Part shown: positions 29,943 to 40,666 of the stretch, in pieces
Layout: each line of letters opens with the position of its first letter
How positions within the stretch are numbered: the stretch's first letter is position 1
Source of the DNA: Elainellaceae cyanobacterium
GTDB lineage: Bacteria > Cyanobacteriota > Cyanobacteriia > CAZCXK01
Direction of reading: 5' to 3'
Assembly: GCA_051117555.1 (NCBI GenBank)
Contig: JBNPEG010000128.1
Location: 1 to 50,971, forward strand
Length of the DNA: 50,971 nucleotides
Notes under the pieces: model-generated
Told to the model about the DNA's origin: nothing
Seen by the model: the letters and a program-made list of their open reading frames with translations, nothing else
Database searches by the model: none
Program-made: the position numbers and the translations under genes

Positions 29943-29979
29943 TGAAGAGCCAGCTCCTTATCAGGAAACTGGCTCTTCA
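29943..29979 (-). terminator. Stem-loop, probable terminator of the upstream minus-strand genes
   Basis: TGAAGAGCCAG ... CTGGCTCTTCA 11-bp stem. Confidence 0.5.
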
Positions 29980-30034
29980 AATTATAGGTATTGATTGTGT
30001 GCGCTAACCTGTCAAATAGTTTCTGATTGTCGAA

Positions 30035-30217
30035 TTAGGGGAAACGGCGAAGAAGTTGATCAACTGCAAGTGCTGCGCCCGCTGCAAAGACGGTAATCCC
30101 TAAACCCAGAAACGGATTTTGCCCTTGACTGACTGCGAATGTAGTCACAATTCCAGCCCCTAAGGCTGCTGTCACGCCAGCTGTTAGCCAATCGTGTTGA
30201 GAATTCTTATTGTACAT
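30035..30217 (-). CDS. Small two-helix membrane protein
   Basis: 60 aa, two Gly/Ala-rich hydrophobic segments, co-oriented with the upstream operon. Confidence 0.7.
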   Translation of the reverse strand: MYNKNSQHDWLTAGVTAALGAGIVTTFAVSQGQNPFLGLGITVFAAGAALAVDQLLRRFP

Positions 30218-30401
30218 TTGTGATGGTCTCAGAATTGAACAAACTGCATTTATAAGCTGTTGTTCAATTTAAGCTATCACCTTGAGGAATGACTCCGATA
30301 AACAGGCTCGATGTTGTAATCAAAGTTCTAATTTTCGTTATTTTTCTTAATGAATTTGCCGATGGTTGTCGGTCAACCTGCTGTTAAACCCATTTCATCC
30401 T

Positions 30402-30908
30402 TCAATTAATTTGCTCGGTGTTTCCAGCTTTTATCCAACCCTCTACTCCGCTCCCCGGCAACCGAACATTAAGCCATGCTCCATCTGAGCTTTCGCTCAA
30501 TACAATAATTTGTTCATTAAAGCCGACTCCACCAATGCGTGTCGTGTCTGTACTAGGCCCCTGCCTCAGCACGAGCCCAATCGGTTGAACAACGCGAGCT
30601 TCGTATGCATTAGGATCGAGCTCCGGAGACGGGCTAGCAGACGGTTCGGCTGAGGGGGTAGGAGAGGGGTCGGCTGGGGAACTAGCAGCGGGTTGTTCGG
30701 ATGATGGACTAACTTCAGGTTCGCTCGATGCGGGTTCACTCGATGTCGCAATCGTTTGCTCTGGAAGTTCTTCTGAGAAAACAGGACGAGGGGGAGGAGC
30801 CGTAAACCGAGTAATCAGGTAGCGGGTTGTGGCGATCCCGCCTCCTACGAGCAGGGCGATCGCCACTCCAAAGCCAGTTATAAATTTAAGGATTCCACCT
30901 AGAGTCAT
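30402..30908 (-). CDS. Membrane-anchored bacterial SH3-domain protein
   Basis: N-terminal TM, Pro/Ser linker, GLVLRQGPS...W..V...GWIKAGN. Confidence 0.85.
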   Translation of the reverse strand: MTLGGILKFITGFGVAIALLVGGGIATTRYLITRFTAPPPRPVFSEELPEQTIATSSEPASSEPEVSPSSEQPAASSPADPSPTPSAEPSASPSPELDPNAYEARVVQPIGLVLRQGPSTDTTRIGGVGFNEQIIVLSESSDGAWLNVRLPGSGVEGWIKAGNTEQIN

Positions 30909-32422
30909 TGCAGAGACTGTTGTTGAATTCGAGTACTTAAACTTCCATGTCTCGAAGCCAGACGCGCTCGCCCCGATGCGGCCCAGTTTTGGAGAAGCTG
31001 AATTTGCTCCTGTGCGGTTCGAGCTAGCGGAATAATTTGGCTAGCCGCTTCTAGAATATCTTCTGTAGTGAAATCTCGATTTTGGCTAAACGACGTGTGC
31101 ATGGCCTCAATTAGCATCTGCTCAATTTCGGCTCCTGAAAAATCGGGCGTTTCGTATGCCAGACGATCTAAATCGTAGCTTTTCACATTATGTGGTCGTA
31201 ACCGATTCAGATGGACTGAAAAAATTGCTCGCCGTTCATCTTGAGTGGGCAGTCCGACGAAGAAGATTTCGTCAAATCGCCCCCGACGAAGCATTTCAGG
31301 GGGCAAGGCTTGAATGTTGTTGGCTGTAGCGACCACAAATACGGGAGACGTTTTTTCGGCAAGCCAGGTAATAAAGGTGCCAAACACGCGACTTGTCGTA
31401 CCGGAGTCACCTCGGCCATCGATGCCTGCGAAAGCTTTGTCGATTTCATCAATCCATAGGACACAGGGAGCTAGAGCTTCTGCTAACTTAATCATTTGGC
31501 GAGTCCGAGATTCTGATTCTCCTACCAGTCCGGCAAATAGGCGCCCGACGTCAAGCCGCAGCAACGGGAGGTGCCAGTGATGGGCGATCGCCTTGGCTGT
31601 CAGAGATTTTCCAGTCCCCTGGATACCAACCAGCAACAACCCCCTGGGATGAGGCAACCCATACTGCCGCGCCCGCTCAGAAAACGCCCCTCCCCGACGC
31701 AGTAACCAATCTTTGAGATTATCAAGACCACCGATGTCGGATATTTTCTCTTGAGCAGGATAAAAGTCTAGAATTTGAGTTTGCCGAATTGTTTGCCGCT
31801 TTTCGTCGAGGATCAGTTCGATATCATCGGAGCGAAATTCTCCATGGGTGGCGATCGCCCGTGCCAAAACGCGCCGAATCCGTTCAACTGATAATCCTTG
31901 GCACGAGCGCACGAGTTCATCCAAGGATTTTCCATCTAGCGATTGACCCATGCTGGCCATCAAGCGGGTGATCTCGGCATGAATGTCGTCGGTGGATGGC
32001 AAGGGAAAATCAAGCACCGTGATCGCTTCGCTAAGATCATCCGGAATCTGAATCTGGGGCGAGATGATGACAATATTTTTGGGTTGAGACTTGAGCAGAC
32101 GCGTTAAGTTCCTTAGTTTTCGGGCGATCGCTATGTCGTCAAGAAACCTATGGAAATCTCGTAGGATAAAAATCGCAGGCGCTGATGCAGGCACTTTTTC
32201 GACCAGCTCTAACGCTTGTAAAGGATTTCGCCGCCCAAACCCAGCATCACTAGGGTTACCCTGATACCCGTCAACAAAGTCCCAGGTATACACGCCTCGG
32301 TTTCCCTGACGTTTGGCGATGTCAGAAATAATAGACTCGATGCGCTCCTCCTCTAGCGTTGGCACATAAATCAGAGGATAGCGAGCCCTCAGCAGCAACT
32401 CGAATTCGTCACTAAAACTCAT
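30905..32422 (-). CDS. ycf46: AAA+ ATPase, Ycf46 family
   Basis: LLRARYPLIY, GIQGTGKS Walker A, LWIDEIDK Walker B, RRGRFDEIFF. Confidence 0.9.
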   Translation of the reverse strand: MSFSDEFELLLRARYPLIYVPTLEEERIESIISDIAKRQGNRGVYTWDFVDGYQGNPSDAGFGRRNPLQALELVEKVPASAPAIFILRDFHRFLDDIAIARKLRNLTRLLKSQPKNIVIISPQIQIPDDLSEAITVLDFPLPSTDDIHAEITRLMASMGQSLDGKSLDELVRSCQGLSVERIRRVLARAIATHGEFRSDDIELILDEKRQTIRQTQILDFYPAQEKISDIGGLDNLKDWLLRRGGAFSERARQYGLPHPRGLLLVGIQGTGKSLTAKAIAHHWHLPLLRLDVGRLFAGLVGESESRTRQMIKLAEALAPCVLWIDEIDKAFAGIDGRGDSGTTSRVFGTFITWLAEKTSPVFVVATANNIQALPPEMLRRGRFDEIFFVGLPTQDERRAIFSVHLNRLRPHNVKSYDLDRLAYETPDFSGAEIEQMLIEAMHTSFSQNRDFTTEDILEAASQIIPLARTAQEQIQLLQNWAASGRARLASRHGSLSTRIQQQSLQ

Positions 32423-32438
32423 TACACTAGGTATCGCA

Positions 32439-32945
32439 TTAATTATTTAGAAACTGCCCTTTCAATGCCGCCAATGACGCCCAACGGCGATCGATGAGTG
32501 ATTCAGTTGGCTCCGATTCGACCGAAATTCCGGGACAGTCTTGATCACACAATTGCCGTTGAGGAATCGCTAGGCAAAGCTGCTCGTACAGCCATTCTCC
32601 AGGGTGAAAATACCCATTTGGCGGTAGCGTATCCACCAATTCATCTAAGAGTATTTCTCGCTCAGCTCCATCCGATTCGACATCTGCATCCGTATCTTGC
32701 AGCCAAATAAGCTCAGACACATCTACCGTGAGTCGATGATTATACTGCTGAAGACAGCGATCGCACGTTAATGTGACAATTGCTTCTGCAACAACAGCCA
32801 CTTCTAAATACTTTCCATGATGCGTAATCTGAATAGTGCCCTGAACCGGAGTCAATGTCTCCAGATCAGACACATATTCTCGCACGATAAGGTTTCGCGT
32901 TTGTTCGGGCAGGTAAACAAGTTGTGGAATATAGATTGCTTCCAT
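32439..32945 (-). CDS. YceD/DUF177 family protein
   Basis: CDRCL and LCDQDCPG motifs, C-terminal DRRWASL. Confidence 0.9.
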   Translation of the reverse strand: MEAIYIPQLVYLPEQTRNLIVREYVSDLETLTPVQGTIQITHHGKYLEVAVVAEAIVTLTCDRCLQQYNHRLTVDVSELIWLQDTDADVESDGAEREILLDELVDTLPPNGYFHPGEWLYEQLCLAIPQRQLCDQDCPGISVESEPTESLIDRRWASLAALKGQFLNN

Positions 32946-33089
32946 GAGGTGTTAGCCTCTCAACTCCCTAATCTAATCGGTCTGCTCAACCCAGAAACGA
33001 ATGCCAACATTCGCCTGAGGAGGTGATCTTTAACGAAATCGTATGTCCAGTCTAATGCTCAACGCCTCCAAGACAACTAGAACATCTTT

Positions 33090-33617
33090 TTAACTGACGG
33101 GTTCACCGTTTTCTGTCGATCCGTCTTGTCGCCGACGAACCACTAAGCGACGGTCAGGCTCTTTGCCACGGCTGTAGGTTTCTAAGTCCTCAAACGCCTT
33201 AAGAAATGTATGCACTTGCCGCCGTTCGGCAGCAGACAATGAAGCAAGCTCATACTCGTCGTCGCCCATCTCTCTGACCTGACGAGCCGCCTCTTCGGCC
33301 ATTGATTGAAGCTCAACCTGCCGACGAGCTCGATATCCGTCAAGCTCAACCGTATATGCTTGCTGCTGTTCTGCCGGTTGACCTAAATTTAACGTCGTAT
33401 TGGCTAAGTACTGAATCGCGTCGAGAACTGAACCATGGTCGCCGGTCAGCGTTTGAATTTTCTCAGGTGTCAACGGCGTTGAATCGACAATCAGCCAACA
33501 ACTGCCCTCGGCATCAAGCCGAGTTTCATCTAACTGAACAGCACAGGGCAAAGCAGACAACTTGAGAAGTTGCTCTAACCAGTCTTGACCTCGTTGTAGC
33601 TGATGCTGGGTATTCAT
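33090..33617 (-). CDS. jag: Jag/KhpB family RNA-binding protein (KH + R3H)
   Basis: LDAIQYLAN, ERRQVH R3H motif, SRGKEPDRRLVV; follows yidC. Confidence 0.88.
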   Translation of the reverse strand: MNTQHQLQRGQDWLEQLLKLSALPCAVQLDETRLDAEGSCWLIVDSTPLTPEKIQTLTGDHGSVLDAIQYLANTTLNLGQPAEQQQAYTVELDGYRARRQVELQSMAEEAARQVREMGDDEYELASLSAAERRQVHTFLKAFEDLETYSRGKEPDRRLVVRRRQDGSTENGEPVS

Positions 33618-33638
33618 AGTGTGACTTAGACTGCCCCT

Positions 33639-34823
33639 CTACCCTTTCTTTTTCTTTTTCGACCGGCTTGATTCTTTGGCATCGCGTTCGGAATCCTTCT
33701 TGGCGCGACCGGGCTCAAATGGAAGCTCTTCACGCTTATCAGATTCTGCCTTCTTTTGTTCAGCTTCCACAATCTTTTGCAGATTTTCAGGAAGCGGTTC
33801 TCTCGACAGAATGAAGGTTTGCATCGTTTGAAAGATGTTGGCAATCACCATATACATCAAAACCCCAGCGGGCAACGGGAAAAACAGAAACATGCCCGAA
33901 AATAAGACCGGCGTCACTTTATTAACGGTGTCTTGCTGAGGATTGCCGCTAGGCCCTTGCCCCGAAAGCAGCTGGTTGACATAGAGGCTCAAACCAAAGA
34001 AGAGAACCATGCCCACAATGTCCCAATTGATTGAGCCATCATCGCCAAATGCACCGACTCGCCCGAGTGCTTTGATGAACAGAAATCCTTTGTTGGATGC
34101 CAAACCTGGCACTGTGCCTTGAAGCGTAACATCGCCAGGAGCAAGCCCTTGAATCACCCCATCGTCACTAACGCGGACAAGATCTTCCCCCGACGTTACT
34201 GTCCATTCGGGCTGAATATCGGTTTCTGGATGCTCTTCGATGAGGGACTTTAAGGGACGACCTTCTATCGTTTGAAAATCAACTTTGGTTTTTTCTCCAA
34301 CCGCTAGGCGATCGCCCCCTGGGACTAGCGCAGACGCCTGAACATGAACGCCATCTGCCACATAAATATTTTTAGGTTTCGTCACAAACGCTTGAGGCTG
34401 AATCTGTTCGATTTGCTCTTGAGGCACGATGTGAAGATTGACCGTGTAGGTGACATCAGCGAAGGGTGATCCTCGCAGAGTTGCGAATAAAGCAAACAAG
34501 ATCGGCATCTGCAAAAGAACTGGAAAGCACCCCGCTAGAGGGTTGCCAAACTCTTTGTAGATCTTGCTCATTTCCTCCTGTTGCTTAGAAGGCTCTTCTT
34601 TGTAGCGCTCTTGAACCTCTTTCACTCGCTTTTGCATGGCGGGGTTTGCAACCTTCATCCGTCTCATGCTTCGAATGGAACCTGCGCTAAGGGGATAGAG
34701 CGCAAATCGTATTACTAATGTCAGAGCCACAATGGCTAGACCATAGCTAGGCACAATCCCGTAGAAGAAATCCAGGATTGGCAACATTACGTTGTTGGAG
34801 AGAAACCCGATACCAAAATCCAT
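33639..34823 (-). CDS. yidC: Membrane protein insertase YidC
   Basis: [38 protein letters not shown]. Confidence 0.96.
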   Translation of the reverse strand: MDFGIGFLSNNVMLPILDFFYGIVPSYGLAIVALTLVIRFALYPLSAGSIRSMRRMKVANPAMQKRVKEVQERYKEEPSKQQEEMSKIYKEFGNPLAGCFPVLLQMPILFALFATLRGSPFADVTYTVNLHIVPQEQIEQIQPQAFVTKPKNIYVADGVHVQASALVPGGDRLAVGEKTKVDFQTIEGRPLKSLIEEHPETDIQPEWTVTSGEDLVRVSDDGVIQGLAPGDVTLQGTVPGLASNKGFLFIKALGRVGAFGDDGSINWDIVGMVLFFGLSLYVNQLLSGQGPSGNPQQDTVNKVTPVLFSGMFLFFPLPAGVLMYMVIANIFQTMQTFILSREPLPENLQKIVEAEQKKAESDKREELPFEPGRAKKDSERDAKESSRSKKKKKG

Positions 34824-35056
34824 CTGCTCTATGTCAACCTAGTGTATGCTCTGAAATGCTGATTCTAAATCTTTCTACGTCTAATCTATCGGAACAATGA
34901 TAACTCCGTCAGCAAGCTAGCACACCCAAATGGTCAAATCTTGATGCCTTCAATCAACGTCATTTAAGAGCATTTTGTGAATCCAAAGACAAACTGCTCT
35001 TCGAGCGTCTCAATCTGAATCGACGATCTAACCTCGTTATGAGCCTTAAGCTCTGG

Positions 35057-35458
35057 CTAGCTGCCTGAGTTACCGATCGGTCCGCTCACCTGTTTAGCTT
35101 TGGACGTGAGCTTACTGTTGATAAAATCGTAGATCTCACGAAATTTGGGAACAGCTCGTAATTCCAATCGACTACCGTCTCTTAGAGTGATTACCATGTC
35201 TCCCCAAAGCCCTAATCCTCTAGGCACTGTCACAATCTTAGCAATTTCAGAATAGATTACGTCAGAGCGATCGCGCCCCATCCAACCCCCTGTAATTGAA
35301 ATGCGGCGATCGGTGATTCGATACCGCAACCAGAGTGCCCGAACAATGGCCCCGACAGTGAGGGGTAGGCAAATAACTGTAAAGCCCAACAATAGGTTGA
35401 TAATTAAGTCACCGATATGGGGACCACCTTCGAAGTAAACGTCTTCTCTAATGCCCAT
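35057..35458 (-). CDS. Bacterial PH-domain membrane protein
   Basis: LRYRITDRRI, GDMVITL; usual cyanobacterial position between rnpA and yidC. Confidence 0.85.
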   Translation of the reverse strand: MGIREDVYFEGGPHIGDLIINLLLGFTVICLPLTVGAIVRALWLRYRITDRRISITGGWMGRDRSDVIYSEIAKIVTVPRGLGLWGDMVITLRDGSRLELRAVPKFREIYDFINSKLTSKAKQVSGPIGNSGS

Positions 35459-35834
35459 TAATAATTTCAGCCTCTGTCAATAACTGCTCTAATTCTTGCA
35501 GAAATTGTGAATAATCGCACTGCATCGCTCTAGGACGGACTACGACTACAACCTGCCAATTCTTAGACATTCTTGGCAATAGTCGCTGCATCGCAGATTG
35601 AATCTGGCGTTTGATGCGATTACGAGTGACAGCTTTCTTGCTGACCTTCTGGCTGATGGAAACTCCAATGCGTGGCGATCGCTCAGTAACGCTATCATCT
35701 GTGACGTTATCCGACGAGTTTGGAAGCCGTAATGCCCTCAAAATCAAATGAGGCGTCGAGTGCCGAATGCCGTCCCGGTAGACTCGGGTAAACTCCCGTC
35801 GGTGTCGCAGGCGATACGTTTTTGGTAAAGCCAC
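35448..35834 (-). CDS. rnpA: Ribonuclease P protein component
   Basis: RIGVSISQKVSKKAVTRNRIKR (RNR motif). Confidence 0.96.
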   Translation of the reverse strand: MALPKTYRLRHRREFTRVYRDGIRHSTPHLILRALRLPNSSDNVTDDSVTERSPRIGVSISQKVSKKAVTRNRIKRQIQSAMQRLLPRMSKNWQVVVVVRPRAMQCDYSQFLQELEQLLTEAEIINGH

Positions 35835-35974
35835 GTCGGTAACGTTACACTTGCTACTACTCTACCTACCTCGCAAATCCAAATCTAGCCAGCATTCTTC
35901 AGCTAGCGCAGGCACCCTCTCGCTAAGATGCCGTGAGATGCCATCATCAGCTTCGTGTGAGACAAACTCTGCCC

Positions 35975-36112
35975 CTAGACAGCAAGACGTGCCCGCCCCC
36001 GTCGTCGCCTTGCTGCAACAATGCGACGCCCATTCTTAGTTCTCATCCGAACCCGAAACCCGGATACCCGCTTTCTCTTACGGGATGTTCCCCCTAGTGT
36101 ACGTTTAGTCAT
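35975..36112 (-). CDS. rpmH: 50S ribosomal protein L34 (absent from the ORF track)
   Basis: Manual translation [45 protein letters not shown], upstream of rnpA. Confidence 0.97.
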   Translation of the reverse strand: MTKRTLGGTSRKRKRVSGFRVRMRTKNGRRIVAARRRRGRARLAV

Positions 36113-36288
36113 AAGTATTTCTCAAGCGACGACTCTTAATAGCAAAAAAAGCCACAGATTTACTATGCTATCACAATTAAGAAAAGCACTAAAGCACCGG
36201 GAAAAATTCCGATGCCTTTGAGTGCCTTCAAGCATTCGGCAGTTTTTAGTTGGACATGCGTTGGTAGCTATAGTGCTTAGAAACAGAA

Positions 36289-36822
36289 TTAGCGTCCGCC
36301 AATCGTAATAATCCAGGTGCCGACGTATTGAGGAGCCAGCACTTCTCCGGGTGCCCGGACGAGAGCGTTGAAATAATGAGTGCCTGGACGCCGGGGATTG
36401 CGAACGTCAGATAAGACAACTTCGATGTCTGTGCGTGCCGGAACCGGCTGGGATGGGAAAATTTCGATAAAGCGGTTTTCTGCGTCCCAATTCACTTCAT
36501 CAAGCGGAATGCTGTCGCCATCAATCCGAATCTCCATTTCGTCTTCTTCAAAATCGCCATCGTACGTATCTGGGTACGTAATGACAAGCTGGTCGGTTGC
36601 TAGCGGCAATTTTTCAGCCGAGATTCGCAGACGATAGCGGTCGTTTCGGGTCGGGATGCCATCATAGTCGAGGCGATAACCAAGTTCATATTCGCGATCG
36701 ACGCCGCTAAAAATGGTTAATCCGGGCAATCCTTGGGCAAGTACGGCGGCTGACCACCCCGTAACCAGACAGCCGGCGATCGCGGCTGCTGAAATAATGC
36801 GGTGAGCGACTGGTCTTGACAT
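36289..36822 (-). CDS. Exported DUF2808-like cyanobacterial protein
   Basis: Signal-like N-terminus then GLPGLTIFSGV, VRNP...YFNA, YVGTW; start set at MSRPVAH. Confidence 0.75.
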   Translation of the reverse strand: MSRPVAHRIISAAAIAGCLVTGWSAAVLAQGLPGLTIFSGVDREYELGYRLDYDGIPTRNDRYRLRISAEKLPLATDQLVITYPDTYDGDFEEDEMEIRIDGDSIPLDEVNWDAENRFIEIFPSQPVPARTDIEVVLSDVRNPRRPGTHYFNALVRAPGEVLAPQYVGTWIITIGGR

Positions 36823-37108
36823 TTCCTGAATACCTCCAACAACACTCCTCACGAGTGAATTAAGAATTGTAGCTAAATGATGAATTTACCAGGCGAGCCA
36901 GAGGACACGCCAGATTAATGACGCACCTCAAGCGGGAAAGTTGCTTGCTTTTAACCCAACATAGAGTATCTAGCCAAAAGTTGCGGCTTTCTCTAGCAAT
37001 GGCAATCGGCAATCTCATCGGCTCGTAGGCTAACCACCAGCATAGCAATTGTGTGAGTTCGGCATAGCAATCGTGAGATTGGACTGGAATTGAGAGGCTG
37101 AGGTATCA

Positions 37109-37200
37109 GTATAGCCCTACAGGCTTTTTGTGGGGTGAGCCCCCGCGCCGCAGGGGCTCACCCACGTTCCACGTCCTAACGCGAGAGCGTACGGCTACAC
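37109..37200. repeat. Short palindromic REP/MITE-like element
   Basis: Imperfect terminal inverted repeat GTATAGCCCTAC...GTACGGCTACAC around an 11-bp stem GGGTGAGCCCC/GGGGCTCACCC (37133-37163). Confidence 0.5.
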
Positions 37201-37218
37201 CGATAAGATCTATAAAAA

Positions 37219-37240
37219 GAAAGTGAAGATCTTCACTTTC
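37219..37240. promoter_or_regulatory. Perfect 22-bp palindrome, CRP-like operator
   Basis: GAAAGTGAAGATCTTCACTTTC, containing GTGA-N6-TCAC. Confidence 0.5.
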
Positions 37241-37721
37241 CTATCAGGGATCAATTTAGGATTTAACGTATGGTGAGCTACCGTCCATTGGAGATGCTAT
37301 CGTGCAAGAACGATTACCATTGTTTGGCGGCAGGTTTTGGGGTATCTGTGTAGTGGATTTGGATTTCTGCTTTTGATGGGGGCACGTTTGCAGCCAATGA
37401 TGGTTGATGGATTGGCGAGTTGTGAAGCCGAAGACATGTATTGGGCTAAGCAATGTTGCGTCGCAGGTCGAGATATTTTGAAAACTTAGGGGATTTGGGT
37501 TACTCAAGGATTTAATCGGGGTGGATATTCTCGATGGTCTAATTCTTAAATTCTTGAGGGTGAGTCATCAAGATGGGTACCCAACCCATTCGGTATCGAT
37601 GGGTATGGCAACTGGAAGTTTGCCCCCCTTCAGGGTCGATGACTCTACGATAGGTTTACACAAAATCTGAATCGTGGGTTGAGATGTATCAACACGTTCT
37701 ATGAGGATATAAGGAAAGTTC

Positions 37722-38888
37722 ATGAAACTAGCGATCGCCAGAGAAATTGAAGTGGGGGAACGCCGAGTTGCCCTAATTCCAGATACAGTTGCCCGACTCG
37801 CTAAACAAGGGTTGAGTATTTCAGTCGAAGCCGGAGCGGGTGAGAGGACGTATTTCTCCGATGCTGCCTATGAAGAAGTTGGAGCCGAAGTCGTTTCAGA
37901 TGCGGCTCAACTGTGGGGAAATGCAGACATTCTTCTCAAGGTTGCTCCGCCGCAAGAGCGCGAAGACGGACATCTAGAAATTGACATGCTTCGTCCTGGC
38001 TCGATGCTGATTGGGTTTCTCAATCCGTTAGGGAATCCTGAACTGATTCAAAAGTTAGCCGAGCGAAACATCACTGCATTTAGCATTGAGATGGTTCCCC
38101 GCACCTCGCGCGCTCAAAGCATGGATGCTTTGTCGTCTCAAGCGTCGCTCGCCGGTTACAAGGCGACCCTAATTGCGGCTGCGACTCTACCCAAGTTTTT
38201 CCCGATGCTGACGACTGCGGCGGGCACTATCCGTCCTGCCAAAGTGTTTATTATGGGCGCTGGAGTGGCTGGATTACAGGCGATCGCCACGGCTCGTCGT
38301 TTGGGTGCGGTCGTTGAAGCTTTTGACATTCGTCCAGCCGTTAAGGAAGAAGTGCAAAGCTTGGGCGCGAAGTTTGTCGATGTCACGCTCGATGAAGATA
38401 CGGTTGCAGAAGGGGGCTATGCCAAAGATGTTTCAGAAGCCGCTAAGCAGCGATCGCGCGAAGTGGTCACTGAACACATCAAGCAAGCAGACGTGGTCAT
38501 TACGACTGCTCAGGTTCCCGGCAAGAAAGCGCCTCTTTTGGTCACTGAGGAAATGGTGGCTCAAATGCGACCCGGTTCTGTGATTGTGGATTTAGCGGCT
38601 GAACAGGGCGGCAATTGTGCGTTTACCGAACCTGGAAAGGATGTGGTTCATCACGGTGTCACCATCATTGGACCAATCAATTTGCCTTCGTCGATGCCGG
38701 TTCATGCCAGCCAGATGTATTCCAAGAATCTACAAACTGTCGTACAACATCTCGTCAAAGATGGAGAACTTCAGCTTAATTTTGACGACGACATCACCAG
38801 TGCGGCATGCGTGACCCACAACGGAGAAATTCGCAACCCTCGTGTCTTAGCTGCTCTAGAAGCAATGGGATTAGCGGTGAATGCCTAA
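37722..38888 (+). CDS. pntA: NAD(P) transhydrogenase alpha subunit, part 1
   Basis: ERRVAL, RAQSMDALSSQ, GAGVAGLQA, DLAAEQGGNC. Confidence 0.96.
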   Translation: MKLAIAREIEVGERRVALIPDTVARLAKQGLSISVEAGAGERTYFSDAAYEEVGAEVVSDAAQLWGNADILLKVAPPQEREDGHLEIDMLRPGSMLIGFLNPLGNPELIQKLAERNITAFSIEMVPRTSRAQSMDALSSQASLAGYKATLIAAATLPKFFPMLTTAAGTIRPAKVFIMGAGVAGLQAIATARRLGAVVEAFDIRPAVKEEVQSLGAKFVDVTLDEDTVAEGGYAKDVSEAAKQRSREVVTEHIKQADVVITTAQVPGKKAPLLVTEEMVAQMRPGSVIVDLAAEQGGNCAFTEPGKDVVHHGVTIIGPINLPSSMPVHASQMYSKNLQTVVQHLVKDGELQLNFDDDITSAACVTHNGEIRNPRVLAALEAMGLAVNA

Positions 38889-38969
38889 GCGGCGCTAATG
38901 CCTGACTCCATTCGCTAACTCTTCCCCAAACTCAAGAACTAACGTCAATTCCAAGGAGAATTCATCATT

Positions 38970-39263
38970 ATGGCAGCAGGACTGCTTGCAGGTTTATTTG
39001 TATTTGTACTGGCGTCATTTGTGGGCTTTGAAGTGATTAACAAAGTTCCTCCGACGTTACACACTCCGCTTATGTCTGGAGCGAACGCAATCTCAGGAAT
39101 TGCGCTCATTGGAGCCCTCTTGGTAGCAGGCCCTCAAGATTGGAATCTTACGGTCATTCTCGGTTTGATTGCCGTTATTTTGGCGACCGTCAACGTGGTG
39201 GGTGGCTTCCTCGTGACCGACCGAATGCTGCAAATGTTTAAGAAGAAGGAGGTTAAGGCATGA
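38970..39263 (+). CDS. pntA: NAD(P) transhydrogenase alpha subunit, part 2 (membrane)
   Basis: VPPTLHTPLMSGANAISG, NVVGGFLVTDRML. Confidence 0.95.
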   Translation: MAAGLLAGLFVFVLASFVGFEVINKVPPTLHTPLMSGANAISGIALIGALLVAGPQDWNLTVILGLIAVILATVNVVGGFLVTDRMLQMFKKKEVKA

Positions 39264-40666
39264 GCACGTATTTACCCACAGGAATTGAACTTGCCTATCT
39301 CGTTGCTGCCTCCTTGTTTATTGTCGGCCTGAAAAAATTAGGTTCTCCGGCGTCAGCCCGTCAAGGAAATATCGTGGCTGCGGTTGGAATGCTGATTGCA
39401 GTGGTCGCAACGCTGCTGAATCAATCGGTGTTGAATTATCAAATGATTCTGATTGGGATCATCGTCGGGTCGCTGATTGGAGCGATCGCCGCTCAAAAAG
39501 TTGCCATGACAGCCATGCCCCAGATGGTGGGTATTTTTAATGGCTTGGGGGGTGCGGCATCCGCCTTGGTTGCTGTCGCCGAATTCTGGCGCATGCTAGC
39601 AGCCGGCACTGTGACGTGGGACGCTACCTTAGTCGCTATTTTGGGCGTTCTGATTGGTGGCGTGACTCTTACGGGCAGCTTCATTGCCTTTGCTAAGCTG
39701 CAAGGTTTGATTACAGGATCTCCCCTTACTTTTCCGCTCCAGCAACCCATTAATTTCGCGCTACTGGCAGGATTTTTGGTAGGCGGTGGCTATTTGCTCT
39801 TTTCCCCCGATAATCCGGCTCTGTTTCTCGGATTAGTCGGTGTTTCCCTAGTCTTAGGTGTTTTATTTGTCATTCCGATCGGCGGCGCAGACATGCCCGT
39901 CGTGGTTTCGCTGCTGAACTCTTATTCCGGATTGGCCGCTAGCGCCGCAGGCTTCATCTTGATGAATAACATGCTGATTATTGCGGGCGCGCTAGTAGGT
40001 GCATCGGGCATCATTCTTACCCAGATTATGTGTAAGGCAATGAACCGCTCTATTGCTAACGTGCTATTTAGTGCGTTTGGCACTGGCGGTGGCGCATCAA
40101 CTGGAAGCTCAACCTCAGGTGGACAGGGTGACAAAGTTGTACGGACATTGGAAGCTGAAGAAGGCGCGATGATGTTGGGCTACGCTCGATCAGTTGTCAT
40201 TGTTCCGGGGTATGGCATGGCGGTTGCCCAAGCTCAGCACACTATTCGAGAACTCGTCGATCAGTTAGATCGATTGGGGGTAGAAGTCCGATATGCAATT
40301 CATCCCGTTGCTGGACGGATGCCTGGACATATGAATGTATTGCTGGCAGAAGCTAATGTTCCTTATACTCAGCTCTATGATATGGATGACATTAATCCAG
40401 AGTTTGAGCGGACGGACGTAGCTCTCGTCATTGGTGCGAATGATGTGGTAAACCCTGCTGCACGAGATAGCGAGGGCAGTCCGATTTACGGAATGCCGAT
40501 TCTCGAAGTGGATAAGGCTCAGCATACGATTGTCATCAAGCGAGGCATGAGCACTGGGTTTGCAGGTATCGAAAACGAACTGTTCTTTAAGGACAAAACG
40601 ATGATGATGTTTGGCAGCGCAAAAGATGTCATCTCAAAGCTTTTAGCCGAAGTGAAGCAGCTTTGA
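39260..40666 (+). CDS. pntB: NAD(P) transhydrogenase beta subunit
   Basis: GGADMPVVVSLLNSYSG, VPGYGMAVAQAQH, HPVAGRMPGHMNVLLAEA, GANDVVNP. Confidence 0.97.
   Translation: MSTYLPTGIELAYLVAASLFIVGLKKLGSPASARQGNIVAAVGMLIAVVATLLNQSVLNYQMILIGIIVGSLIGAIAAQKVAMTAMPQMVGIFNGLGGAASALVAVAEFWRMLAAGTVTWDATLVAILGVLIGGVTLTGSFIAFAKLQGLITGSPLTFPLQQPINFALLAGFLVGGGYLLFSPDNPALFLGLVGVSLVLGVLFVIPIGGADMPVVVSLLNSYSGLAASAAGFILMNNMLIIAGALVGASGIILTQIMCKAMNRSIANVLFSAFGTGGGASTGSSTSGGQGDKVVRTLEAEEGAMMLGYARSVVIVPGYGMAVAQAQHTIRELVDQLDRLGVEVRYAIHPVAGRMPGHMNVLLAEANVPYTQLYDMDDINPEFERTDVALVIGANDVVNPAARDSEGSPIYGMPILEVDKAQHTIVIKRGMSTGFAGIENELFFKDKTMMMFGSAKDVISKLLAEVKQL

Noticed and set aside
35975..37700. oriC/dnaA region next to rpmH-rnpA-yidC-jag
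   Set aside because: No dnaA or dnaN, and no DnaA-box cluster seen; this is the ordinary cyanobacterial arrangement.
37722..39263. pntA split as a frameshift pseudogene
   Set aside because: The two-part alpha subunit with its own RBS is a normal three-gene transhydrogenase layout.
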